Shown here in pieces: positions 16,785 to 25,834 of a stretch of DNA of 64,000 bases (its first letter is position 1; each line of letters begins with the position of its first letter). The DNA lies in contig JAHPZA010000006.1 in assembly GCA_019058445.1 (NCBI GenBank), positions 1,196,943 to 1,260,942 on the forward strand, given 5' to 3'. This DNA comes from Promethearchaeota archaeon (GTDB taxonomy: Archaea; Asgardarchaeota; Lokiarchaeia; Sigyniarchaeales; SOKP01). The notes under the pieces were generated by a model. The model did not search any database and was not told the DNA's origin. It worked only from the letters and a program-made list of their open reading frames with translations. Made by a program: the position numbers and the translations under genes.

Positions 16785-17978
16785 TTATATTTGCCCAAAA
16801 ACGGCATCAACCATTGCTTTCAGCTGAAATGGGTTTATTGTCATAAAGAAACAATCATATGTTAAAGGGTTTTTAGATAAAAATTTTATATTCGTAGTAA
16901 GTCCTTTTCTTGAGGGGCTTAATATCCCAACTCTTAAGGCTTTTTGAATGATATTTTTAAATTCATTTGAATCTTTTTCATAGTCTAAAGATTCACATGA
17001 TATATCATATAGCTCTTGTAAATTATTTAAATCAATATAAAAGTGCGATTTTGTTGCAAATGTATTTGAGAGATTATCTAAAAAAATAATAGTTAAAAGA
17101 TCTTCCTCAGAAATATAATTAAGCATATTAAATTCATCAGATATTTGAAAAGAATCAAATTGGTTCTGAAATATTTCTAGCATTTTAAAATGTTCTATGG
17201 AGTCTTGATTTTTTAAAAAGGGATAAATTTCTCTGAGCATATCAATTCCTTTTCCAGGAACAGGTACATAATGCTCAAAAATAAGATCTGTAATATATTG
17301 AATCAATTCCTTATCAACTTCATGTGAAAATGTCAAAGACGCTCTTGTTTGTAATATTAAGTTCAATTCCTTGTAGGTAAAATAATTGAGCTTTCTTTTT
17401 ATATCAAATTCAGATAAATAATCCAAAGTCGATGATCTTAAAATCTTATTTACCGTCGAAATTACGGTAATATTCATTTCTTTTCCTAAATATAACATCT
17501 TCTTAAAAAAATCAGGTTTTATATTCTCTATGTTATTAAATATAAGGAAGAGATTTTGATCTATTTTTTTGCTTGCTAATTTAAAAATATTCCATAACTG
17601 AGAAATATTTGAGTTCAGAAATGAATTAAGATTGAAATTGAGGTTAGGCAATTTATTTAACTCAGTTAATAAAGAAAAGATTAATTCTTCAAGATTCTTC
17701 TCCTTACAGTCTATAATAATTTTCTGAAAAGGTAATGAATTGCCGTTATTTGTAATTAAATCTTTTACAACTTTATTGATAATTACTTTTTTACCGATCC
17801 CTTCAATCCCTTGATATAAGATATTAAGAGGAAACTCATCTGTTATTGAATCATTTAAAAGGGAATATAACGATTTTTCTTCTTTCTTTCTAAATAGAAG
17901 ATTAGGGGGTATATAATTTGGATCAAATATTGCTTTTGGCCCTATATAGTCATTATTTATCTTCGATTTACTAATCAT
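16785..17978 (-). CDS. Orc1/Cdc6-like AAA+ protein with degenerate ATPase motifs
   Basis: FDPNYIPPNLLFRKKE N-terminus, YTYKEL..IL..RA-like sensor region, C-terminal wHTH-like region; Walker A GIEGIGKK, Walker B LIFNN. Confidence 0.75.
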   Translation of the reverse strand: MISKSKINNDYIGPKAIFDPNYIPPNLLFRKKEEKSLYSLLNDSITDEFPLNILYQGIEGIGKKVIINKVVKDLITNNGNSLPFQKIIIDCKEKNLEELIFSLLTELNKLPNLNFNLNSFLNSNISQLWNIFKLASKKIDQNLFLIFNNIENIKPDFFKKMLYLGKEMNITVISTVNKILRSSTLDYLSEFDIKRKLNYFTYKELNLILQTRASLTFSHEVDKELIQYITDLIFEHYVPVPGKGIDMLREIYPFLKNQDSIEHFKMLEIFQNQFDSFQISDEFNMLNYISEEDLLTIIFLDNLSNTFATKSHFYIDLNNLQELYDISCESLDYEKDSNEFKNIIQKALRVGILSPSRKGLTTNIKFLSKNPLTYDCFFMTINPFQLKAMVDAVFGQI

Positions 17979-18257
17979 TTTTCTTTTAAGTTTTTATTTT
18001 TATATTTTTTTTTTATCAACCTATTTAAACCAAACGGAGAGAGAGGGGTCACTAAAAGTAAAAATAAGAAAAAAAAATGGTATTTTCCAATAATCTTAAT
18101 TCGAGATTTTGAATGTGAAAGAAGATTAAAAGATTGCTGAATAAATTCTTAAATATATCTGAATGAATAAATAAAATTTAAACAATAATTAGGAAAGAGT
18201 TGTTATTCTTTAAATAGCTATATAAATAATAGGGTAATTTCTGATCTTTTTCAGGTT

Positions 18258-19073
18258 CTAGTTATTTATTCTCTTTACTCCAATTTTGCTTTTATCAACT
18301 TTTTCACTTAATCGAATTTTGCGTAATTTTTTAGGAAATTTTAAATCAACATCATCAAACACAAAACCACTCTCACCTAAAGGACCTTCAACTATTTTCA
18401 ATTTGGAAGGTGAGATATATCCATTGATAAATGACAAAATTTTACTATTTCCAAGAAACTTTCTATCTAGTACATTTCCAACCGAATTACATGCTGTAAT
18501 AGGGATTCTATTCTCTAGAGCTCGGGCTTGCAAATAAATTTTCCAATTATCCATCCCATCTTCTCTGATTAATGTGGGAGTGAATAAAATATCAGCACCA
18601 TTTTCAATGGCTAAACGAGGAGTCTCAAAAAAAGCAACATCAAAACAAATAAGAATTGCAAAATTCGATTTTCCTAATTTAAAAATACATAACTCCCGTC
18701 CTGGCTCGAAGTTTCCCTGTTCGTAAGAGTAGAGATGGATTTTATCTTGCCTTCCGATTTCTTCGCCTTTTTCATTGAAATAATAGCATGTAACAGATGG
18801 TTTATTAAGGTTTTTCCGTTTTTCCCATATCGCTCCAGATAGGAGTTTTATATGGTATTTCTTAGCTAACTCTTTTACAAAATTGTAGTGTTCTCCTCTC
18901 TCTTTTTGAATATTTTGAGACATATCTTGCAGGAATGGAACCCATCTTTCAGGTAAACATGCAATTTGACAATCTTCAAACTTTTTTAAAAGCTTCTTTA
19001 GTATATCTTCTATATGAGAATAGCTCTTATTTACATCTTTACAAATCTCTGGTTGAATACACGCAACTTTCAT
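18258..19073 (-). CDS. carbon-nitrogen hydrolase (nitrilase superfamily)
   Basis: CLPE, DKIHL, ICFD catalytic triad; RALEN. Confidence 0.9.
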   Translation of the reverse strand: MKVACIQPEICKDVNKSYSHIEDILKKLLKKFEDCQIACLPERWVPFLQDMSQNIQKERGEHYNFVKELAKKYHIKLLSGAIWEKRKNLNKPSVTCYYFNEKGEEIGRQDKIHLYSYEQGNFEPGRELCIFKLGKSNFAILICFDVAFFETPRLAIENGADILFTPTLIREDGMDNWKIYLQARALENRIPITACNSVGNVLDRKFLGNSKILSFINGYISPSKLKIVEGPLGESGFVFDDVDLKFPKKLRKIRLSEKVDKSKIGVKRINN

Positions 19074-19091
19074 TGTGATAATACTAATGAC

Positions 19092-19844
19092 TTAATTTTG
19101 TTCTTTTTGATTTATTTCTGATATGATGTCAAAAATTTCATTTAAATTAGAGATTTCAAAATCTGGTTTGGTTCCCTCAGGAATCTTTATACCTTTTTTA
19201 TAAGGATCATGCTTTCCTCCTCTTCTAATTAAGACCGAATGGATATTACATAATTTTGCAGGGATGATATCCTTATCTATACGATCGCCCACATATATGG
19301 TTTCGGGGCCTAAAACCCCAAATCTTTTTAAGCAATGATCAAATAATTTAGGATTAGGTTTTCTTATACCAATCTCATCAGAAACCACAGTGAGATCTAT
19401 TAAATCATCTATTCCCAATCTTAATATTTTCTCATATTGCTTGATTGGAAGTCCATCAGTGATAATAGCAGTTTTTATTGATAATTTTTTTAAGGTATTT
19501 ATACAAGGTAAAACATCATCATAGAGCTTTATGGAATCAATTTTCTCCTTATGATATGCCATAACTGCTGCTGAGATATATTTAAATTGGAGTGAATAGG
19601 GGATGGTTTCTTCTATTCGTTCTAATCGATTATATCTCCTAATGAAGTAATTATAGTGTTTTGAAGAGTTTGATCCGTATTCTTTTACAATTTCTTGGAT
19701 CATTTTAATTGCCATCTCGCGATTAATATCTAAACCTAACTTAATCATTGCTTCAATTCCTTTAATTCTTGCCCTATCAGACAAACCTGTCGAATCGAAA
19801 AGGCAATCATCAAGATCAAATCCCACGAGCTTTATAGGACACAT
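19092..19844 (-). CDS. HAD-superfamily hydrolase
   Basis: FDLDDCL, IITDG, KPNP, GDRIDKDI. Confidence 0.9.
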   Translation of the reverse strand: MCPIKLVGFDLDDCLFDSTGLSDRARIKGIEAMIKLGLDINREMAIKMIQEIVKEYGSNSSKHYNYFIRRYNRLERIEETIPYSLQFKYISAAVMAYHKEKIDSIKLYDDVLPCINTLKKLSIKTAIITDGLPIKQYEKILRLGIDDLIDLTVVSDEIGIRKPNPKLFDHCLKRFGVLGPETIYVGDRIDKDIIPAKLCNIHSVLIRRGGKHDPYKKGIKIPEGTKPDFEISNLNEIFDIISEINQKEQN

Positions 19845-20133
19845 GGTTATATTTAGAAATTTTAATTCATTCGTTCACGATAATTCAATGATAATAAATA
19901 ATTTCATACCTTAGAAAGCTTTTGATATTAGAAGTTTTTATAAGATAAATTTATTTATTCTTGAAAACATATAATCTTTAATATTAATCTATGATAAGCA
20001 TATACAAATTAAAAGGAATTTTATTATTTTATCCATACAAGTATTTGAAAAAAATATTATTTACTACAAGATTTTATTTGTTTTTCAAACGTATAAATGA
20101 ATACAATTATTATTAAATAAGTTATAATAATCA

Positions 20134-21444
20134 TTGCCGGAGAAGCAGTTTTTGAAGACAATCGTAACTTTGTCATGGTTTCACAGGAAGATTGGCCCAA
20201 TAGTGTTTTATTCTTATCCAGAAAAGATGTTGGAAGATGACTTGTCTGTAAGAATAGCTAATATTATGGATCAAACGTTTAATGAAGGTTTTTTTACTCA
20301 TTCCTTTGAAAATGTGAATTCAATGAATTATTATTTTGAAATTCATTCTGATTGGGCAAGAGGAAATAAAGAAATGCTTATGGTATCTGTAATTTTTGAG
20401 CAACAAACTTCTCTGGACATGGAACAAGACGTTTTGATGCTGTTTAATGAATTTTCTGAAAGACTACAATCAAATGAGGAAATTTTTACAGCTTTTTATG
20501 CAAATGATTTAAGCAGCTTTGATGATGAAAATGATAAAGAGAATATAACAAAAAACAATGCCTTGATTAAATTATGGGTAAAAGAATTATATTGGGCTAC
20601 AGTTGAGAAGACCAGAGAAAAAACGGAGGAAGAAAAAATCGCACTTCTTTTAAAAGAAAAACATATTTTTTTTACTTTAAAAAAGTTATCAAAAGGACCA
20701 ATTACATTAGAAGGGTTGGCCGAATGGTTTAATTCTAAATTTACCGATAAGATTTATAATAAAGTGATTGAGACTTTAGTGGATAAACAATTTATTTTTA
20801 TAAATCAGATAGGTAGGGTTGAGAAATATGTACTTTTATTAAAAGAGGTAAATGCGGAGAGGATTCCACCAGATAGTGTAATTGAATATATAGATGAAAC
20901 TCCAGATCTAATTGATTTGCTGCTTCCAAAAGTGCAACAATATTTTAGTCAGTATGAAACGATGAAAAATGAGGAATTGGAAGAAGATTCATTTACACTA
21001 TTTCAGATTATATCAGATCCAAAAAAGTATAATATTCTTTCAGAATTAAGAGATGGAATAATACGTAGAGATCAATTGCATAAATTAGTATCAAAGAGAA
21101 CATTAGATAATCTAATTGAAACAATTGATTTTTTAGAAAAGTATAATGTTATTGAAGAGTTAAAATTTAATAATGAAAGGTACATTGTATTAAAAACTAA
21201 TTTGCAAATAACCACCGCCTTTCCTGAATATCTAAGAAAATTGTTGCCTAAAGAATCGAAACCAGTTGTTGCCAATAAATATAGTCCAAGATTAATAAAA
21301 CAACAAGAAGAAATGGCTGAAATTTTTAAAGAAGTAAGGGATGTTCGTAATAAAGAAGATGGCCATAAAACTAAAGAGGAAAAAATAAACAAATTTTTAG
21401 AAGATCTATCTTCTGGTGTCAAAAAAGACACTTCCAAAAAATAA
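20134..21444 (+). CDS. Asgard protein with N-terminal longin/uDENN-like domain and C-terminal winged-helix-like segments
   Basis: LSWFHRKIGPIVFYSYP and ARG..E.L motifs typical of longin/uDENN folds; two wHTH-like stretches. Confidence 0.55.
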   Translation: MPEKQFLKTIVTLSWFHRKIGPIVFYSYPEKMLEDDLSVRIANIMDQTFNEGFFTHSFENVNSMNYYFEIHSDWARGNKEMLMVSVIFEQQTSLDMEQDVLMLFNEFSERLQSNEEIFTAFYANDLSSFDDENDKENITKNNALIKLWVKELYWATVEKTREKTEEEKIALLLKEKHIFFTLKKLSKGPITLEGLAEWFNSKFTDKIYNKVIETLVDKQFIFINQIGRVEKYVLLLKEVNAERIPPDSVIEYIDETPDLIDLLLPKVQQYFSQYETMKNEELEEDSFTLFQIISDPKKYNILSELRDGIIRRDQLHKLVSKRTLDNLIETIDFLEKYNVIEELKFNNERYIVLKTNLQITTAFPEYLRKLLPKESKPVVANKYSPRLIKQQEEMAEIFKEVRDVRNKEDGHKTKEEKINKFLEDLSSGVKKDTSKK

Positions 21445-21520
21445 AATTGAGGAATTTTAAAAAGTTTTTTTTTGTTAGAAGACTTTATTCTATTAATCAA
21501 ATTAAGAAGAAAGTTATAGA

Positions 21521-22387
21521 TTGAGTGTTCAAGCTGTTTTTATCGTAGATAAAGTGAATAATACTCTAATTTTTTTGGAATATTTAGAAGAGAATATTAA
21601 AATAAATCAAAAAGAATTATCAAACGTTTTAGGAAGAATAGTGAATAATAGTAAAGAATTAGAACTAAATTCATTTTCTAATTTCGAATTAAATGAAAAG
21701 TGCTATTTCTTTGGAGTGTTTAATAAACTTCTCTTAGTCGTGCAGCATCAGAAAGGGAAAACTCCGCCAGATGATTTTTTAAATGAACTATATAACATTT
21801 TTGTTAACGTCTTTAAAAATATCTTAGAAAATTATACAAACAATGATCTCTCAAAATTTAGATCTTTTGCTAAAGATGTGAGGGACATATTACCCAAATA
21901 CTTTCATCACTCAAATAAACAAAAAAATAATATTGGCAATAGACCCTTAATTGATCCAATAAAAAGAGATTTTTATCCAGAAAGGCCCTCGGTGTACAAA
22001 CGTGATGAAATACTCTATAATGAAGCCAAGCTCATTAAGCAGAAATATGCCACTAAATTTGTTGATGGTTTCATTTTTAAACTTCATATCTATATAAATA
22101 TATCACCAACTCAATCGTATAAAATTTTCATTGACTTTTCAGATTACCCACTAAAACCAACTATATTTATCGATGATGTTTTAATTAAGGAATTAGGAAA
22201 GAATTTGGATGAAATATTATATTTTTATACTAAATGGGATAAAAAAAGACCGCCTCATATAATTGAGCTTGTAAATGAATTAGAAACTATTCTTGTACAA
22301 TTTAACTCAGAAGGAAGACTATCAAAAGTTCCATTAATCCCAAAAAATGCAATACCAGAAGTTAAGCCCTTGCCAAATATAGAATAA
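21521..22387 (+). CDS. longin/roadblock-like N-domain fused to UBC/RWD-like C-domain
   Basis: N-terminal VQAVFIVDK strand pattern; C-terminal IDFSDYPLKPTI and W...PPHIIELVNELE. Confidence 0.5.
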   Translation: MSVQAVFIVDKVNNTLIFLEYLEENIKINQKELSNVLGRIVNNSKELELNSFSNFELNEKCYFFGVFNKLLLVVQHQKGKTPPDDFLNELYNIFVNVFKNILENYTNNDLSKFRSFAKDVRDILPKYFHHSNKQKNNIGNRPLIDPIKRDFYPERPSVYKRDEILYNEAKLIKQKYATKFVDGFIFKLHIYINISPTQSYKIFIDFSDYPLKPTIFIDDVLIKELGKNLDEILYFYTKWDKKRPPHIIELVNELETILVQFNSEGRLSKVPLIPKNAIPEVKPLPNIE

Positions 22388-22423
22388 AACATAGCAAACA
22401 TAAAAAGAAAAAGAAGTAGTTAG

Positions 22424-22693
22424 ATGGAAAAAGAAGAAGAATCCCTGGATGATTTGAAATATCTTTTAGGTAATATGGGAATTGAGATATTATTAGCAAT
22501 TGACCGTGGAGCTAAGGACTTTGAAACAATAAAATTATTTTCAGGTGTACCCCTCTCCTGTATTAAGGGTAGAATTCCTGTGTTGATAGATTTGAATTTA
22601 ATTCAGAAAAAAAATAATGAGTATTCATTAAAAGAAAAGGGTCGAAATTTTAAAAAAAAATTAGAAAGAAAAAAAGATTTCAAAATGGAATAA
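22424..22693 (+). CDS. small winged-helix protein
   Basis: EILLAI..G...FETIKLFSGVP...RIPVLIDLNLI....YSLKEKG pattern. Confidence 0.65.
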   Translation: MEKEEESLDDLKYLLGNMGIEILLAIDRGAKDFETIKLFSGVPLSCIKGRIPVLIDLNLIQKKNNEYSLKEKGRNFKKKLERKKDFKME

Positions 22694-22701
22694 GGTTAAG
22701 C

Positions 22702-22778
22702 TTATATTTCAGATTGGGGCGACATTATCATAGTTATGAGCTGTAACTCAATTTGTCACAATTTCATCATCAATATAA
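22702..22778 (-). ncRNA. box C/D guide sRNA
   Basis: C ATGATGA (22770-22764), 12-nt guide, D' TTGA, hairpin GTTA/TAAC, C' ATGATAA, 12-nt guide TGTCGCCCCAAT, D CTGA (22712-22709); 7-bp terminal stem ttatatt/aatataa. Confidence 0.85.
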
Positions 22779-22780
22779 AT

Positions 22781-23269
22781 TTAAACTTTCTTATTTTTAG
22801 GTTTTTTAGTATTTAATTCTTTTTTATAATACTTTTCCACATAATAACCGGGTTTTTTAAAACCTCCACTTTCTTCAATAAGGTTTTTTAAACCATCCTT
22901 TTGAGATATTTTGTTCTTGAAATCTTCATATTCATTAACTTTTAACTCTTTTTTTTTTAATAAATAATCTAAAATCTCAAAAGCTTCTTCATTTGTGGTA
23001 CATCTACGAATAAAATCAATTGCCCCGGGATCACTCAATTCATTTAAGTTGCATATTTTGGATTGTATATCCCGCTTTTTGGTTGTATTTTCAATATCTA
23101 ATGCAACAGAATCAATTTTTAGGGCTTTTTTCCCATTAGTAATTTCAGAAATCAAGTGAGGTATAAATTTTTCTAATTCTTTCTTGTCATAGGACACGTT
23201 CAATCCGTTTTTTTCTTTTATTTTTGCTTTTTTAAAAGACTTCGTGTCTTTATTCTTTTTATCACTCAA
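22781..23269 (-). CDS. DUF2095-like archaeal protein
   Basis: P..IDFIRRC.T.EEA.EILDYL...E and K.PGYY motifs. Confidence 0.7.
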   Translation of the reverse strand: MSDKKNKDTKSFKKAKIKEKNGLNVSYDKKELEKFIPHLISEITNGKKALKIDSVALDIENTTKKRDIQSKICNLNELSDPGAIDFIRRCTTNEEAFEILDYLLKKKELKVNEYEDFKNKISQKDGLKNLIEESGGFKKPGYYVEKYYKKELNTKKPKNKKV

Positions 23270-23359
23270 GAACTTGACATCCGTTAATAAGTAAACCTTT
23301 AAGTATTTATTAAATTAGAAATAATAATTCAAAGTAATAAAATTATGTGTTTAGAATTT

Positions 23360-24280
23360 ATGAGTATATTAATTTCTGATAAACTTAAAGAAGAAGCTAT
23401 TGAAATCCTACAGAATAACGGTTTCAATGTTGTGAAAAAATATTCAATAACTAATGATGAATTAAAGCATGAAATCAAAAAATATGAAGCAATCATCATT
23501 CGTTCTAGAACAAAGCTAACCGCAGAGATTTTAGAAAATGCGAATAATCTTAAAGTTATTGGAAGAGCTGGAGTTGGATTAGACAATATAGATTTGAGAA
23601 AAGCAGAAGAATTACAGATTAAAGTACTAAATACTCCTGAAGCACCTTCAATTTCTGTAGCAGAATTAACAATAGGATTAATATTAAATTTAGTAAGGCA
23701 TATTTCGAAAGCAGATCAAACAATGCATTGCGGTGAATGGTGTAAAAGTGATTATATGGGTTACATTTTACAAGGGAAAAAAATAGGATTAATCGGATTC
23801 GGTAATATTGGTCAAGCTGTAGCAAAAGTATGCAATGCGTTGAGTATGGATATCGGTATATACGATGTTGACGAAATTGTTAAAGTTAAGGCAAAAAAGT
23901 TAGGATATAGAGTATATCCTTCTGTAGATGATTTAATAAAAAATTCCCAGATTATCTCATTACATATCCCTTCTACGGTGCAAACTGAAAATACGATGGA
24001 TGAGAGAAGAATAGGATTAATGAGTGAAAAAGCAATTCTTATTAACACAGCTAGAGGTAATCTTGTTGATGAAGTGGCTTTAATAAAGGCTCTTAAAAAT
24101 AAAAAAATTGGCGGTGCAGCTCTTGATGTATACAGGGAAGAACCATTGAAAGATATGGATTTATGCAGTTGCGAAGAAAATTTAGTGCTTACTCCGCATA
24201 TAGGGAGTCAAACAGAGGAGACCCAGACCCAAGCAAGCATTATGATTGCCGAGAAAATCTCAGAGTATTTAAAAAAATAA
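23360..24280 (+). CDS. D-2-hydroxyacid dehydrogenase (SerA-like, no ACT domain)
   Basis: RAGVGLDNID, GLIGFGNIG, INTARG, ALDVY..EP, TPHIGSQT. Confidence 0.9.
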   Translation: MSILISDKLKEEAIEILQNNGFNVVKKYSITNDELKHEIKKYEAIIIRSRTKLTAEILENANNLKVIGRAGVGLDNIDLRKAEELQIKVLNTPEAPSISVAELTIGLILNLVRHISKADQTMHCGEWCKSDYMGYILQGKKIGLIGFGNIGQAVAKVCNALSMDIGIYDVDEIVKVKAKKLGYRVYPSVDDLIKNSQIISLHIPSTVQTENTMDERRIGLMSEKAILINTARGNLVDEVALIKALKNKKIGGAALDVYREEPLKDMDLCSCEENLVLTPHIGSQTEETQTQASIMIAEKISEYLKK

Positions 24281-24340
24281 TAAAATTATTTAGTATTAGT
24301 GAATTTTAATAGGTATAACAAATTATAAGTGCTTTTAAAT

Positions 24341-24925
24341 TTGAAGTCAGGATATAAATTTGTAAAGGAAACGTTTGAAACTCACGAAAAAGGACATAAT
24401 ACCCCACATTGGTATCGTGGTATTGAATATAGAAAAGGTCATTCTATTGAACGAATTGAACGACCAACGAAAATTCATCGGGCCAGATCTTTAGGCTACA
24501 AAGCAAAGCAAGGTTACACCTTAGTACGAGCAAGAATAAGAAAAGGCGGAATGCACAAAATCAGACCAAAGCGGGGGAGAAAACCCAGGGCTATGGGCGT
24601 TAAGAAATATACAACGGGAAAAAATCTTCAATGGATAGCAGAAGAGCGTGTTCAGAGGAAATTTCCAAACATGCAGGTTTTAAATTCTTACAAAGTGTAT
24701 TCTGATGGAAGAAACTGGTATTATGAAGTTATTTTAGTTGATCCAAACCACCCTGTAATAAAATCTGATCCAAATATACATTGGATTACTGAATCTGCCC
24801 ATAAAAAGCGAGTTACAAGGGGTCTGACTTCAGCTGGGAAAAAAGCCCGAGGCCTTTATAAGAAAGGGTGGGGTTCTGAAAAAAATCGGCCCTCCATTAG
24901 AGCGAACAAGGGTCGTGGAAAATAA
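24341..24925 (+). CDS. rpl15e: 50S ribosomal protein L15e
   Basis: RPT..RARSLGYKAKQG, AEERV, VLNSY, RGLTSAGKK; start uncertain (TTG 24341 or GTG 24329). Confidence 0.95.
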   Translation: MKSGYKFVKETFETHEKGHNTPHWYRGIEYRKGHSIERIERPTKIHRARSLGYKAKQGYTLVRARIRKGGMHKIRPKRGRKPRAMGVKKYTTGKNLQWIAEERVQRKFPNMQVLNSYKVYSDGRNWYYEVILVDPNHPVIKSDPNIHWITESAHKKRVTRGLTSAGKKARGLYKKGWGSEKNRPSIRANKGRGK

Positions 24926-24993
24926 TTTCTTTTATAGACACTTCTTCTTTTAAAAAAAAAAAATGCGAAATTATTTCACAATTTTATTTAGAT

Positions 24994-25797
24994 TTATAAC
25001 TTATTAATTGAAATTGTCATCCCACCATCTAAAATGAGATTTTGCCCCGTGATGTAATTTGCTGTGGGAGAGGCTAGAAATAAAGCAATATCTGCGACCC
25101 ATTTTGCTTCTCCAATCTTATCTATAGGAAGTTTGACACCCCTTGCTTCTAAAAGTAACCTAATAACTTTAGGATCGTTTTTATATAGAGGAGTCAAAAA
25201 TACTCCTGGTGATATTGCATTTACAGTAATATCACTTGGTCCTAGCTCTAAAGCCCATAGTTTAGTAAATGCAATTAGAGTTGCTTTGCTTGCGCTATAC
25301 ACTCCGAAGAAAGGATTAATCCCATTTTCAGTTCCTGCACATGATGCAATATTTATTATTTTGCCTCTAATTGGTTCAAATTGTCTTTGTCTTTTCATCT
25401 GTCTGAAAAAGGCTTTTGTAACATTCCAGGCTCCTTTGACATTTACTGCCATGACTTTGTCATAACTATCCTCTTTTGATTTCAAGGAGGCATATAATCC
25501 TGAATCTATTCCCGCATTATTTACTAATAGAAATACATTATCAAATTTCTCAGAAACCTTTTTAGCCATATTGTTTACTTCTTCTGAATTAGATATATCT
25601 GCTTTTGCTAAGAAAATTTCAACTTTATGATCCTTGAGAATAATATCACGGGTTTCCTCTAGGCCTTCCATATTAATATCATTAATTACCAAATCTGCTC
25701 CTTTACTTGCAAAGCATTTTGCCATTTCCCTTCCAAAGCCGCTACCGGCTCCTGTGATTAAGGCAACTTTTCCTTTTAAAAATTTTTCATCATTCAT
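24994..25797 (-). CDS. SDR-family oxidoreductase
   Basis: TGAGSGFG, NNAG, YSASK, ITGQ..DGG. Confidence 0.92.
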   Translation of the reverse strand: MNDEKFLKGKVALITGAGSGFGREMAKCFASKGADLVINDINMEGLEETRDIILKDHKVEIFLAKADISNSEEVNNMAKKVSEKFDNVFLLVNNAGIDSGLYASLKSKEDSYDKVMAVNVKGAWNVTKAFFRQMKRQRQFEPIRGKIINIASCAGTENGINPFFGVYSASKATLIAFTKLWALELGPSDITVNAISPGVFLTPLYKNDPKVIRLLLEARGVKLPIDKIGEAKWVADIALFLASPTANYITGQNLILDGGMTISINKL

Positions 25798-25834
25798 TTG
25801 TTTTTAACACCTAAAAAAATAATATATTAAAAAG

